Origin: Fistulifera solaris
Lineage: Eukaryota
Direction: 5' to 3'
Assembly (NCBI GenBank): GCA_030295235.1
Contig: AP026128.1
Location: forward strand, 1,302,001-1,366,000
DNA length: 64,000 bases
Both the position numbers and the translations under genes were made by a program. The notes beneath the pieces were generated by a model, which searched no databases, was not told the DNA's origin, and saw only the letters and a program-made list of their open reading frames with translations. Of this stretch, positions 24,709-35,895 are shown one piece after another (position 1 is the first letter of the stretch; every line of letters begins with the position of its first letter).

Positions 24709-25069
24709 ATGGGAGGATTAACCGCCAAAAAGAAAGGAATCCGTTCAAAAAGAAACAATACAAACGCAAAGTATGGTTGTGTCATCGTGATAAAGATGTC
24801 GATCAAATTCAAGACGAGATAGAAAAGGGAATGCACAGTGAAAAACCAACATTTGATGACGAATTGCCGGGAGGAGGACAGTTCTATTGTGTCGAGACAG
24901 GAAAGCATTTCATCAACAGCGAAGCCTTGGAGAAACACAAAAGACCAAATTCTTTAAACGAAGACTGAAGCAACTGCAAGAAGAGAAATATACGCAACAA
25001 ACGGCGGAATGGGCCGGTGGTATGACGAAAGAAGTATTGCCCCCGGCGCATCCGGACTTACAGAAATAA
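24709..25069 (+). CDS. ZNF593: ZNF593/Bud20 ribosome biogenesis factor (frameshifts at ~24746 and ~24939)
   Basis: KDVDQIQDE..FDDELPGGGQFYCVETGKHF...LEKHKKTKFFKRRLKQLQEEKYTQQTAEWAGG. Confidence 0.85.
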
Positions 25070-25466
25070 GATTTTAGAAAGGATATGTGTCTTGTCATCG
25101 TGGCAGGATGTGTTTCATAGGAAAATAGGGTGTGTGTGGGCTTGCTATAGAGAGTCATCGTTTTTGTAATCAGTGAAAGAGTGGTTGATTCATTTTAGCA
25201 ACAGTTATAAGGATCCAGACGACGTTTGATGTAGGTCGACTGCAATTCTTTGATTGACGACTCTAGAAAGCTCATTCCAACTTACCAACTAGCGAAATTT
25301 GCTTCATGATTAAATTCCTATTTATATCAAGTACCAGTAGTAATAAAATTCAAATTCTTTTGACAATAGTAAAGTTTGAAATGCACCACCTCTCTCCTTT
25401 GAACTTGTCAGCATCAAAAATCCGTTCTTTGTTTTCATTTGCCCAGCTTTTCTGTAAACTTAACTA

Positions 25467-25600
25467 CCCACGTGAAATATCACATGCCCACATTTTCGGG
25501 ACACGTGAAAAACCTCCTGCCAACAATGTCGGGACACGTGAAAAAAATCAAAAAAGCACATTCCCACACTTTCTGGCAACGTGAAAATTACACACACCCA
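25467..25600 (+). repeat. Degenerate 33-34-bp array of the same family as 12285-12500
   Basis: CACGTG at 25469, 25502 and 25535. CCCACATTTTCGGGACACGTGAAAA resembles CCCAGATTTTCTGGACACGTGAAAA. Confidence 0.75.
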
Positions 25601-25699
25601 GCAATAAATCACCGCACATAAACATTTTTTCAGCAGGTTCTTCGAGTGCCTCGTCAAAGGAGAAGAGGACAAGTATAGTTTTAGTACAATCCTGCAAAC

Positions 25700-27846
25700 A
25701 TGAAGTCACCTTCTTCATTACTCTCGCTGCGGAGTCAAGTTTTGGTGCCCTGTAATACCTTAAATGCTGCCTCTTCGTCCTCATCAACAGCAGCAGCACC
25801 GCTTCTCGTTAGTGACGTTGGGTTGTCCTTTTGGGGCGGAATTGACCCGATGACATCGCAAATTGTCGATACACAACATCCCCTGCACGGACAGTACGTA
25901 CACGACAAAATATTGTGCATTCCGTCGGGACGAGGTTCTTGCACGGCATCACAAGTCTTGTTGCAACTCATTTTGAATCACAAAGCACCCAAAGCTATTG
26001 TTTTGCGTCAGAATGATCCTCTGGTGGCAGTCGGGGCGCTCGTCGCACAACATGTGTTTCAAACGGATGACGATTATTTGCAAATTCCTACAATTGTCAA
26101 CATTGGTGTCGACGGATTTGCGCAGTTGTTGAAGTGTGAAGGCAACGTATTCGGACAAATTGATTCGCGTGGAAGAACGACAGCGCTGCTGGTGGCGTCG
26201 GATTCTGATTTGCTCGCAAGCGATAGTATGAACGATCGTACTTGGACGATAAATGAGCAATCGGTGACTGATGACCAAGCCGAACCAAATTGGACAGATT
26301 ATGAACAAGAAAGATGGAATCAAGCAAAAACGGGAGCGGAACGGCTGGCGCTGCAAATCATGTATCAGTATGCTCGGATTGCTATGATGGACGATTCATC
26401 ATCCATTTTAGATTCGGAGGGACCATCGTATGTCTCTGTATCGCGTGCTCACATTGTACGTAAATTGAACCTTATCACTTGCTGCTATGAGTTGTCGTTT
26501 TATGGAATACCGACGGCTAATTTACTTACTCATCTCTGAACATTCGTGTTCCTTGCCATCTAGGACGCATGTACCTACATCGGATCGGGCAGTCTCGCTT
26601 TGGTAAAACGGTTCGTCGAAAAAGGTGGTCAAGTTCGAATACCTACAACGTTGAATGCGGTCTCGACTGATCGAAGACAGTGGCAACAATTGGGCGTCCC
26701 TTCTCAATATGCACACAATGCCAATGCCTTGGGCGATGCCTACCTGCAATTGAATTGTCAACCAACATTCACGTGTGCACCTTATCTTTTGCTGTCGCCG
26801 TCCTCGGAACCGGCCACATATGAAGCGGAAGACTGGGTTTGGGGAGAATCCAATGCCGTCGTATATGCCAACTCGGTTCTTGGAGCGCGAACGAACAAGA
26901 CAGCTGATTATCTCGATTTGTGCGGGGCACTAACTGGGATTGTTCCGAGAACTGGAATGCATTGTCCCGAACAGCGTGTACCGATGGTGATACTCGATGC
27001 CACAGCATTGATTGAGCAATCGTACATGGATCGCTGGGAGTCATCTTTATTCTTTGCCCTGTTGGGACATGCATGCGGGACGTTGAGCGATGGAGCTGTG
27101 CCTTTGTTGGTAGGCTTGGAGCAGTAGCTGATCAAATCACTCGCGATGATTTGAAAACCTTTTGCGCTGCCTTCGGAACAACCGGCTCATCTCCATTGGT
27201 TCATATTGCTGGCGTCACAGCGGAAGCAAAAGATCTCGAGCGAGTTGTACAGCCGTGGAAAGAATCAATTCTGGAGAAGGGAGGAAATCCAATTGTCGAA
27301 GTGACTGCTCACTTTATGGAGAAAACATACATTTCACTGAATTCAAGTGATACGAATGGGCAGAAAGTGGACCTGATTGCATTGGGGAACCCCCATTTGT
27401 CGGTATCGGAATGCCAAACTTTAGTTGATTTGATTACGAAGACGGATCAAAATGAAGAAAGAAGTTCTCAAGTCCGCATTATGGCATGTATCTCACGTGC
27501 CGTTCAAGCTCAGGCTGCAGAAAAAGGTTTGATCGAACCCTTGCAGAACTTCGGAATCGAATTTATTAATGATACTTGCTGGTGTATGCTTTTGGATCCT
27601 CCTGTGATACCAGCTGCCCCAGAAGCTACTATATTGACGAACAGCGGAAAATATGCACATTACGGACCCGGTCTCACGCAGCGCAAGTACAAAATTGGAA
27701 GTACAGCAGATTGCATTAGCGCGGCCCAGACCGGCGTATTTCGTCCCTCTCTTCGTGAATTTCATACAAATGCGCAACAGCAACTTCGTCGACCGCAAAG
27801 AGTCCTTTTGCTTGCTTTCCGCTTTGTGTCTCGTTCATTGCGTTGA
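25700..27846 (+). CDS. acnX: Aconitase X, fused DUF126+DUF521 (cis-3-hydroxy-L-proline dehydratase-like; intron 26456-26563; frameshift ~27120)
   Basis: LSFWGGIDP, PSGRGSCTAS, AHI|DACTYIG, PTTLNAVS, TFTCAPY, WGESNAVVYANSVLGART, LGNPHLS, DTCWCML, TNSGKYAHYGPG. Confidence 0.9.
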
Positions 27847-28448
27847 TCTCAAGAAGCGGGTAAGGCACCACCGCAGTGTATGGGTGATCAAAGTGATATT
27901 TATTATACATGCCATGGCTATGACACCGTTGCATGTTCGTGGATTATAATCAAAGCGCCGTCAGATTCGACGGGCAAATTGACAACAAAGTGAGTTTCGC
28001 CTTCCGACAGGTCGAAATTCTTTTTATTCGAAGTCTGGTTACTGCTTAGCCACATCTCCGCTACCAATTCATCCAATGTCAACAATGATGTTGACAAAGG
28101 AAAGTGTGCAAGATAGACTATTACGATTTGAACTGATACATCACTGTTGCTTCTTATCGCCCTTCGCATCACTAAGCAGTATCTGGAACCAATCAGCATC
28201 GTTTTTTTCGACGTGGAGCTGAGCTCACCAGCGCACCGTTCACCAGCTGCTGCTTTATTTGCTGGTCAATAGTTCATCGGTTGAGGCATCTTCTCAATCT
28301 TGAAATCTTGTCGACCCGTCGCACTTTGCATGACGACGAATGCTTTAACAACCATAGCTTGTCATAGTCGAATGAACTTTGCCGTGCCTCGTTTCATTAC
28401 TTGTAATAAGCCATTTTTGCATTGACCGGAATTATGTTTATTCGTGAG

Positions 28449-28590
28449 AAATTCTACCGTTCGCGCCATTAGTCACTTAAAGACAGAGGCTTTACTTTGG
28501 GAAGATCAGGATATGCTTTAAATTCTACCGTTCGCGCCATTAGTCACTTAAAGACAGAGGCTTTACTTTGGGAAGATCAGGATATGCTTT
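28449..28590. repeat. Perfect 71-bp tandem duplication
   Basis: 28449-28519 is identical to 28520-28590. Confidence 0.95.
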
Positions 28591-29496
28591 CCACTCTTGC
28601 CAGCTTCCATCGTAAACAGACATTGCCTCACGTCTCCCGCATTCGTACAAAGCGAGATAAATGGTACAGGCTGAAACGCCACTGCCACAAGTACAAATGA
28701 TTTCTTGCGACTCGTCAAGGGGATCCACGCCAATCTCTTGAAAACGATTCTTCAAATTTTCTTTCAACTTCACCGTATCACTTATGCTACTGTATGGCAA
28801 ATGTATAGCACCGGGCATATGCCCATCTTTCTCAAAGCTAGAACCTCGAGCATCCAATATAACAGTGTCTTGCCGACCGACAACGCGCTCCATCATATCG
28901 AGATCAACCACTTGTTGAGCCCGTTCCTGTAATAGGGAAGGTTGCTGTTTCACTTTGAGTTCATCCCGACGAACGGTCGTAACGGGATGCGTTTCTACAA
29001 CTCCTCCGCCTTGCATCCACTCGTTTAAACCAGCCTCGAGAATCGATACTTGCGTATGACCCAATGAGCGAAATGTAAACCAGACGCGCGGCAAAAACCA
29101 CGACCCTTTCTGTCCGTATAAAATCACATGGTCTAAAGTAGGGCGAATCTGGTGGTGTTCCATCCAGGCCTCTAATAGAGCACCAGATGGTAGCATGTGC
29201 GACAGTGACGACGCATTGTCACAAATGTCATCGATATCAAAATATACGCCGCCAGGAATTCGCGGACCTTCCTCAAACGACTTTCGCGGATCTAAATCTC
29301 CTTTGTGATACCAAGTTGCATCTACGAATCGCGCAGCTCCTTGTTTCTGGATTGCCTCTTCCAAAGACATCCGAGCAGGGACGTTCGCGTGTAGTAACAA
29401 TGACTGTATCTGAGTCTGCCTTCTCGCCGGGGAAAGAAATGCCACCGGTAAACTAAAGAATGACTGTAGGACGATACACAAAAGTGATTTCTTCAT
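28540..29496 (-). CDS. Two-domain rhodanese / 3-mercaptopyruvate sulfurtransferase, plastid-targeted
   Basis: Signal peptide plus VAFL, FVDATWY, IPGGVYFDIDDI, HMLPS, TCGSGVSAC, VYDGSWQEW. Confidence 0.9.
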   Translation of the reverse strand: MKKSLLCIVLQSFFSLPVAFLSPARRQTQIQSLLLHANVPARMSLEEAIQKQGAARFVDATWYHKGDLDPRKSFEEGPRIPGGVYFDIDDICDNASSLSHMLPSGALLEAWMEHHQIRPTLDHVILYGQKGSWFLPRVWFTFRSLGHTQVSILEAGLNEWMQGGGVVETHPVTTVRRDELKVKQQPSLLQERAQQVVDLDMMERVVGRQDTVILDARGSSFEKDGHMPGAIHLPYSSISDTVKLKENLKNRFQEIGVDPLDESQEIICTCGSGVSACTIYLALYECGRREAMSVYDGSWQEWKAYPDLPKVKPLSLSD

Positions 29497-29541
29497 TATA
29501 TCATAGCAACCAAACAACAGCATTCACAACACAAACTATTA

Positions 29542-29759
29542 CTCCCTCTGTTCGGAAAAAAAAAAAGAGGTAGGACATTTTTGGGTACTGATTTATTTTT
29601 CTCAAAATTCAATGCAATGCTAACAAATTTAGGGTTGTTAAAAAGCTTAAAATGAGTAGTTTCTATCTATATATTTATATTATTTTGAAATTGATTTTAA
29701 AAAGGCGAAAATCGAGTACCAAAAAATGTCCTACCTCTTTTTTTTCTGAACGGAGGGAG
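29542..29759. mobile_element. Stowaway-type (Tc1/mariner) MITE, 218 bp
   Basis: TA|CTCCCTCTGTTC...GAACGGAGGGAG|TA. Imperfect TIRs of ~50 bp (GAGGTAGGACATTTTT / AAAAATGTCCTACCTC) with an AT-rich interior. Confidence 0.92.
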
Positions 29760-29811
29760 TAGTTGACAAGCTACGTAGTAGTTGATTGTTGTCGGCTATT
29801 ATGAGCCAACT

Positions 29812-29898
29812 CCCGGTGACCCCTTCGCCGATAAATTTCCCTACGATATCTACGTGAATACAACGTAGACATTCAAGGCATTGTATCTGTCAGGCTTT
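29812..29898 (-). repeat. Dispersed ~85-bp hairpin element, copy D
   Basis: Reverse complement GAATGTCTACGTTGTATTCACGTAGATATCGTAGGGAAATTTATCGGCGAAGGGGTCACCGGG aligns with copy A. Confidence 0.8.
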
Positions 29899-30470
29899 AT
29901 GTGTAAAATGCCATTTTGATACTCCAGGGGTATCAATAACTTCTAATTGCATGAAATATCCATGTCGGCGAAAGCGGTGATATCACTGGTGCACCATAGA
30001 CTTGAAGAAAGATAGTATCGCAACTGCGCGATATCCGGGTAAAAAGGGTAATCACGTAGACATGCGACACTATGCTGAATTTAAGTGTTCCACTGATTTA
30101 GCTCAACTACTGTCAACTCCCATCTATAAAAAGGATGCATTCTTTTTAATAAAAATAAATGACATTGAGGATCGCACCCGTTATTGCAATTGACGTCAAG
30201 GATTGACGAGGAGGTCCTGGTAAGATGCTTAGGTCTACTTGTACTATCATGTAGATTGTAGATTACTTTTTGAATACCGCACTATGTACGACTCAAAATT
30301 TGCAGTCCCGGATATTATCTACAAACTACAAACTTTAAGGCTACAGAAGATAGCAGTGGAGACGGGAGCTGCCCTCGGTTTACTCCCACGCTAATGGTTG
30401 CATCACTGTCGTTTCTCTTACGAAACGGCGTAAGAATTCCTTCGATTGCTTTGTGAACTCTGCCGCATAT

Positions 30471-31406
30471 CTACGATTCCATCAGACTGGGGCCCTTTAC
30501 TCGTTCACTTCTTCGCCGTGACACACCAGATAAAAGGCTTTGTGATTCAGAGTACTTCATATGATTTCCGGCTGTGCCTCCATACCCCGGTGACGACATC
30601 GACGTGTTGATTTGCTCCGCAAGTTCTTCTTCTTCCTCGTCGTCCTCGTCCTCAACTGTAGTCACACGAGGACCGAAACGTAGTAATACCATCAAAAGCG
30701 CTACCGTAAAAGAAGCAGCGTGATATAGCCCTCCACCACAAGCGATACCCACGGCTGCACTCATCCATATCGACGCGGCCGTCGTCAAACCATGAACAAT
30801 CGGCTGCCCTCCACTTCCTTCACGCAGCGGTTCTTTGAAAATCATACCAGCTCCCAAAAACCCGACTCCTGACGGAATAGCCGCACTCACACGACTGGAA
30901 TCCCATCCTTGTGGTCCATCGCGAAACGCTAATGTCGAGCCGCAAGTGAATAAACAAGAAGCGAGCGACACCAAAGCCATGGTCCGGATACCGGCAGGAC
31001 GATCGGCTTGACGACGTTCCCAGCCAATGGCACCGCCGAGTATACAAGACACTAACAGTCGTCGTGCATAGAAGATTTCTTCGCGGGTAAAATAGAGTAA
31101 TTTGGGACTACGGAAGATACTGACACAAGGATCGTATCGATAATCCGGATTGGGATATTCTTTCGATTCTCCTTGCCAATTGCAATTGATTTCCATGAAT
31201 GGTTCAAATACAGCCAAAAAGAAGACAGTAGCACAATAGAAAACCGCGGCTGCGCAAGAAAATGACGCGGTGTCATTGGTGAATGTTGAGCAAAAGCACA
31301 AACAATTTTCTTCACAGATCTTACCCGCATAAAACAGCGCTTTGCTGTAAGTTAGCTCTGTAAAGTATGCATGTCGTCGGTTCATATTTCTGGGGCTGTC
31401 AGTCAT
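30471..31406 (-). CDS. mgtC: MgtC/SapB family membrane protein
   Basis: IGWERRQADRPAGIRTMALVSLASCLF, DSSRVSAAIPSGVGFLGAGMI, GLTTAASIWMSAAVGIACG. Start uncertain. Confidence 0.88.
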   Translation of the reverse strand: MTDSPRNMNRRHAYFTELTYSKALFYAGKICEENCLCFCSTFTNDTASFSCAAAVFYCATVFFLAVFEPFMEINCNWQGESKEYPNPDYRYDPCVSIFRSPKLLYFTREEIFYARRLLVSCILGGAIGWERRQADRPAGIRTMALVSLASCLFTCGSTLAFRDGPQGWDSSRVSAAIPSGVGFLGAGMIFKEPLREGSGGQPIVHGLTTAASIWMSAAVGIACGGGLYHAASFTVALLMVLLRFGPRVTTVEDEDDEEEEELAEQINTSMSSPGYGGTAGNHMKYSESQSLLSGVSRRRSERVKGPSLMES

Positions 31407-32125
31407 GTCATGCAAATCGAATGCAAATGATAATTAATTATAAAAGGGAGAAGAGTTAAGTTCATATTGTTTGCAACGAGTGATGATATTTTTGTATTTT
31501 TGTGGAAGAGATGCGTAGACTACTTCAGTTATAAAAATAATAAAAATCAGTCACGTGTAATAACGTCGCAACGAGTTCAATATCCTTTAACCTTACTAAG
31601 GTTACGGAGTATCTTGTTGAGGCCTTCGTACTACTTTGTATAAAAGCAAAACGACAAAGAGGTTGTTTTCCGTTGAATTCTTTAAGTCAACATGTTCCGC
31701 GTTCTCATTTCCTACTTGAAAGTACTAAGAGATTCCATTGGGCATTGGGCCTTGTGTCTTGTGTGTTCACCTACAAGCTACAAGTAGAGTGGTTTTAATC
31801 GTTAAAGTTCGACATCCCATTTTTGGTTGACGTTCGTTGAAAGCTGAAAGGGTCTTCGGGTCTTTTTCTTTACCAGTCAACACTACGGATCGCAGCAGGC
31901 TGTTGGCTGTTTGCTCTTGAAAAATGAGCCACATTAGTGTAAACTAAAGTCAGAAAGCAGCATTACCTTATTAAAAGGAAGAAGCAATTCGAACGGCAGC
32001 TTCCGCTCCGCTATTAATCCGATCAAACAACATTTCAAAAGGCCTTGCCATTCCAACTCAAGCCCTCTCTATTTTCGATTACAAGCATTTTGTCTTCTCT
32101 CTGTTAAGAGACGCAAACAATCACC

Positions 32126-32704
32126 ATGACTGCAATTGAAATTTCCAACAAAAGAGTTACCTTCTCGAAGGCTCTTTCGGAGCTGGAAGCCGCCGATAAT
32201 CTTACGTCGCTCAAGTTGGAGCAAGTAACCTTCTTCGGCTCCGAACAAGACATGCGCCGTTTCAGTGGTTTCCTCCGCGGTCACCCAACGCTGGAAACCA
32301 TTCACTTTCATCAAGTCAAGGTCGGAAACGCCAATTTTGATTTGACGTTGATTGTTTCTCAAATCTTGATTTCCGTACGATCCTTGAAAGACTTTACGCT
32401 CGATGGATGTGACTTCAAGCCTGCTGCACTCATTTGCCTCGCTTACCGACCTTCGCTCGTCAACTTGGCGTTGCGCAATTGCAATCTCAGTGACACGGAT
32501 GCCGAGATCTTGGCCAAGTCGATCCCCGCCGGCTCTCTGGAAAGTATCGACTTGACTGGCAACAACATGTCCGATTTGGGACGCCATGCGTTCTCTACCA
32601 TCATCAAGAACAACAATGTCTTGGTGAACTCGATCTCCTTCGGGGCGAGTATCAAGTCTACCGATGGATTGGAAGCTAAGAAAGCTTCGGCAATTGCTGC
32701 CTAA
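32126..32704 (+). CDS. RNI-like leucine-rich repeat protein
   Basis: LVNLALRNCNLSDTDAEILA and LESIDLTGNNMSDLG. Confidence 0.75.
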   Translation: MTAIEISNKRVTFSKALSELEAADNLTSLKLEQVTFFGSEQDMRRFSGFLRGHPTLETIHFHQVKVGNANFDLTLIVSQILISVRSLKDFTLDGCDFKPAALICLAYRPSLVNLALRNCNLSDTDAEILAKSIPAGSLESIDLTGNNMSDLGRHAFSTIIKNNNVLVNSISFGASIKSTDGLEAKKASAIAA

Positions 32705-32805
32705 TGCTGAGCCATCTTCAAAAAGAAAGTGTACCGAATGGTCATCGAGTAATTCATTTGCATACTTAAAAGAATTTCATTTAAAACAGCTTATCAAAGT
32801 AGTCA

Positions 32806-35214
32806 TTACCGAGTTGAAATATCTAAACAAGTAGCGGCCAATTCGATACTTCTTGAAATGTGAAGTACGGAATAGCGATTGTCCAGTCCCAAAACATACT
32901 GTAATAACTCCAGGCGCAAACATGGCGAGTGCATTCGTTGCAGCATACCATGAATGGCATACAACATGTGCATTCCAGTAAAGTCATTTGCACTAATGGC
33001 TTCTCGAAGTTGCGATGCGAATGCTTTGCGATTCGCTATGGCCTTGTTGCTCACAAACGCCATGAATTTGCTGTTCTGAGCGGTCGCTATCTTCAGATCT
33101 CCTTGTGCAGTCCTCTGATCGTGCCAAGACGAAATGCGGAACGCCACATTGTGTTCGCCATGATCGATCCATTCTTCAATCGCATCAATGGACTCGTGAA
33201 TGCGTCGCAACGCACTTCCATCTTGTATCACGCGCAACACTTGCGCTGCACCCAAGACAGCCAGTAATCCGTCTGAGTTCGTCGCACTCCGTAAGCGATC
33301 TGTGTCAAGCGCGGGAGGAAGAGATGGACTAATAGTAGATGCATTTGAAGCAGGTGCTTCTTTCCCGGTGGCACGTTTTACAATATTCATATCTCGTTCC
33401 CACGTTTCTGGTTCTTGGGGTACCCTAGTCGAGTCTTCCTTTTCCAACACATGGCGATGCATCGGTTCATCTTGTCGTATAAGATGAGGCTTCTGGAATG
33501 TTTTGGCCTTATCGGCTGTCTTCTGATCGTCGTCTAGTTCCTTTCTGCGGGAAGACACAAGAGAATACAGGAGAAGTAGCTGACGGGACGTATGATAATC
33601 TCCGGCGCGAAGTGCCGAAGAAAGACCCTCATTGACAAAGTCCTGCAACCGATGACTTTTCTGTCTCATTTCCTGATCAGATTCTGATTGCTCTTGGTCA
33701 ATTTGTTGATCGGTTTGCATCATCATCTGTAGGATATGCGCTAAAGATTCATCGGTAGCACCGAAACCACCCGCAATGTGCGCTAACTCCTCCGGGGTCA
33801 ATAACCTTTGTATGTTGTCGTCTAACTCAAGCAGTTCTTCCACTTTTTGTTGAAACGAATCGGGTTCGGTCAAACGTAACGTTGTGCGGTAAGCAATAGT
33901 CTGGTTTTGAAATGGATTGAGCTTACTCGATGCATCTTTCCACAATTCGTCTTGTAATTCATGTGTCAATACTTGCACTCCGTGCTCGGGGGTCACGAGT
34001 AAGAGTGGAATATCTTTCATTGCAGGCTCTTCCTGGAAGACATGTATAAGTCGCGCTTTTGTTCTCAACATGGTAATCAAATGTCCATAGCTCGGTAGAC
34101 GAACAAACAAAGCCACAGGAAGACCAATGCCGTGTTCTAACGAACTTTCTTTCGAACTGTGCGTGCCTCCCACGCGAATATAGACTTCATTGTAAGGGAC
34201 GGTATGAATTCCGGTTGCTCGTTTCGTTCCAATAAAGACTGGATCGTCGCTCCCGGCCAGGCAGTATTCTCGATTGTATTGCCGCAAAATCTGAAACGAC
34301 ACCAAGGACTCTTGACGACCATGGGTGAGATGACCATGGGAATCGATATTGAATTCCGTCTTGGCCGAGTATCCTGCCGGCCACGCCCACGTCTCGGTTC
34401 TCGTGATGGAATCGTTTTCTAGCAATGTGTCCTGGAATGAGGGAAGTTCGAAAACGACTCCCACTGTATATTGTGTCGGTGATCCATAACACCTCATCTT
34501 CTTTCCGGAAGGCGGGAGCAACGAAGTACTGGAATAAAAGCTGTTGTAAAGATAGCTATCATGCGGTGCCCGATCATCATGTGCGGTGGGAAAATTATGC
34601 TTTGACAATTGTGGTGTACGAAATCGCTGTAAAAATTGTGTCCATTCCGTGTTTTTGATAGTCTTGACGACACATTGTTGCTTTTCGAATAAATGAAGTA
34701 CATGCTGCTCCGATAATGATAGTTTGCTGAGCGTATACGAGTTGCCGCTGCTTTGTTGCTCATCTAGCAGCGGTGCAAAGACATCATCATAGCCATACGT
34801 TAGCGAAGGCAAGGGAGCAATCGCGGGTGCCAAGATATCACCACCAGTGGAAGACATTGTATAACTTGTCTCGGACGAATGCGTGGAATCACCGCTCAAT
34901 TCATCAGTGATTGTAGATGGAGTGGTTGTTGCCCTTGATTTATTTCCTGTGTTCGGCGGCAAGGGCGCGAGAAAATCGTCCTCTTTGAATTCATTTCCAT
35001 CACTGGATTCCGCTAATGATGATTCAGCGTGCTGCATAGTAATATGATTGCGAAAAACAATGCTACGTGCCGATGCATGATAGAGCAGAATCGGTGCTTC
35101 TAATGCTCTTGAACTGGTGACGGAAGAAAGTGAATTACTTCGACTGCGGTTGTTGTGATGAGATGACAAGGAATTGCTTCGACTGCGGCTCGGACGATGC
35201 GTAGAAAATACCAT
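32806..35214 (-). CDS. Hypothetical 802-aa protein
   Basis: Long uninterrupted ORF with an S-rich N-terminus. No family recognised. Confidence 0.75.
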   Translation of the reverse strand: MVFSTHRPSRSRSNSLSSHHNNRSRSNSLSSVTSSRALEAPILLYHASARSIVFRNHITMQHAESSLAESSDGNEFKEDDFLAPLPPNTGNKSRATTTPSTITDELSGDSTHSSETSYTMSSTGGDILAPAIAPLPSLTYGYDDVFAPLLDEQQSSGNSYTLSKLSLSEQHVLHLFEKQQCVVKTIKNTEWTQFLQRFRTPQLSKHNFPTAHDDRAPHDSYLYNSFYSSTSLLPPSGKKMRCYGSPTQYTVGVVFELPSFQDTLLENDSITRTETWAWPAGYSAKTEFNIDSHGHLTHGRQESLVSFQILRQYNREYCLAGSDDPVFIGTKRATGIHTVPYNEVYIRVGGTHSSKESSLEHGIGLPVALFVRLPSYGHLITMLRTKARLIHVFQEEPAMKDIPLLLVTPEHGVQVLTHELQDELWKDASSKLNPFQNQTIAYRTTLRLTEPDSFQQKVEELLELDDNIQRLLTPEELAHIAGGFGATDESLAHILQMMMQTDQQIDQEQSESDQEMRQKSHRLQDFVNEGLSSALRAGDYHTSRQLLLLYSLVSSRRKELDDDQKTADKAKTFQKPHLIRQDEPMHRHVLEKEDSTRVPQEPETWERDMNIVKRATGKEAPASNASTISPSLPPALDTDRLRSATNSDGLLAVLGAAQVLRVIQDGSALRRIHESIDAIEEWIDHGEHNVAFRISSWHDQRTAQGDLKIATAQNSKFMAFVSNKAIANRKAFASQLREAISANDFTGMHMLYAIHGMLQRMHSPCLRLELLQYVLGLDNRYSVLHISRSIELAATCLDISTR

Positions 35215-35895
35215 TGTTTACTCGTTGTTGATCTTGTTGACGTTGTCGATAATTGCAATTAATTGCAGGGTGAAAAGTATAATTGGATGTAACATGATGT
35301 GAAAAGATAAAAGATCTGCGTTACAGGAGGTGTCAAACGTGGAACAGGAACCCATTCTTCGGAGAATCGCGATTCTCCGTATACTGTTCGTTGCACACTC
35401 ATCGCGTGCCGCAGAAGGTAGCGATCGTGACTGATTTACTTCAGTCGTGGTGAAAAAGGACAACACTTTTGTCTATAGTAAATACAGAAATATTGGGACC
35501 GTAAATACTTTCTACGTCATGAATCGTCGCTGCATTGCAAAAACTGCTCAATGCTGCAATCTTTTCAAAGACAATATTCACATCTTTTAAAGTAGCAGAA
35601 TCATTTGGAAAATAGGTAGCAGTGTTGCTGGAAAAAATAATGGTTCACTGCAATGATCGTGACTGAAAAGTTGCAGTCGTGGAGAAAATGGACAACAGTT
35701 TGCGGCTATAGTCGAGAATAACCGCAACCTCCTTTGTCGTAGTCGCTTGTCGCGCGCCGCCTTCCATTTTTTTATTGCATTGCATCGATCGCACAAACGC
35801 ATCGATTGATATTCATTCTTAATAAAATTCGTCATTTACTAGCAAATACTAGCGCTTTCTGCTTATCGATAATCAACAATAAACGGCTATTAGTT

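Noticed and set aside
30350..30412. Possible structured RNA/SECIS downstream of mgtC
   Set aside because: Only partial pairing, no clear SECIS core, and no in-frame TGA in the gene.
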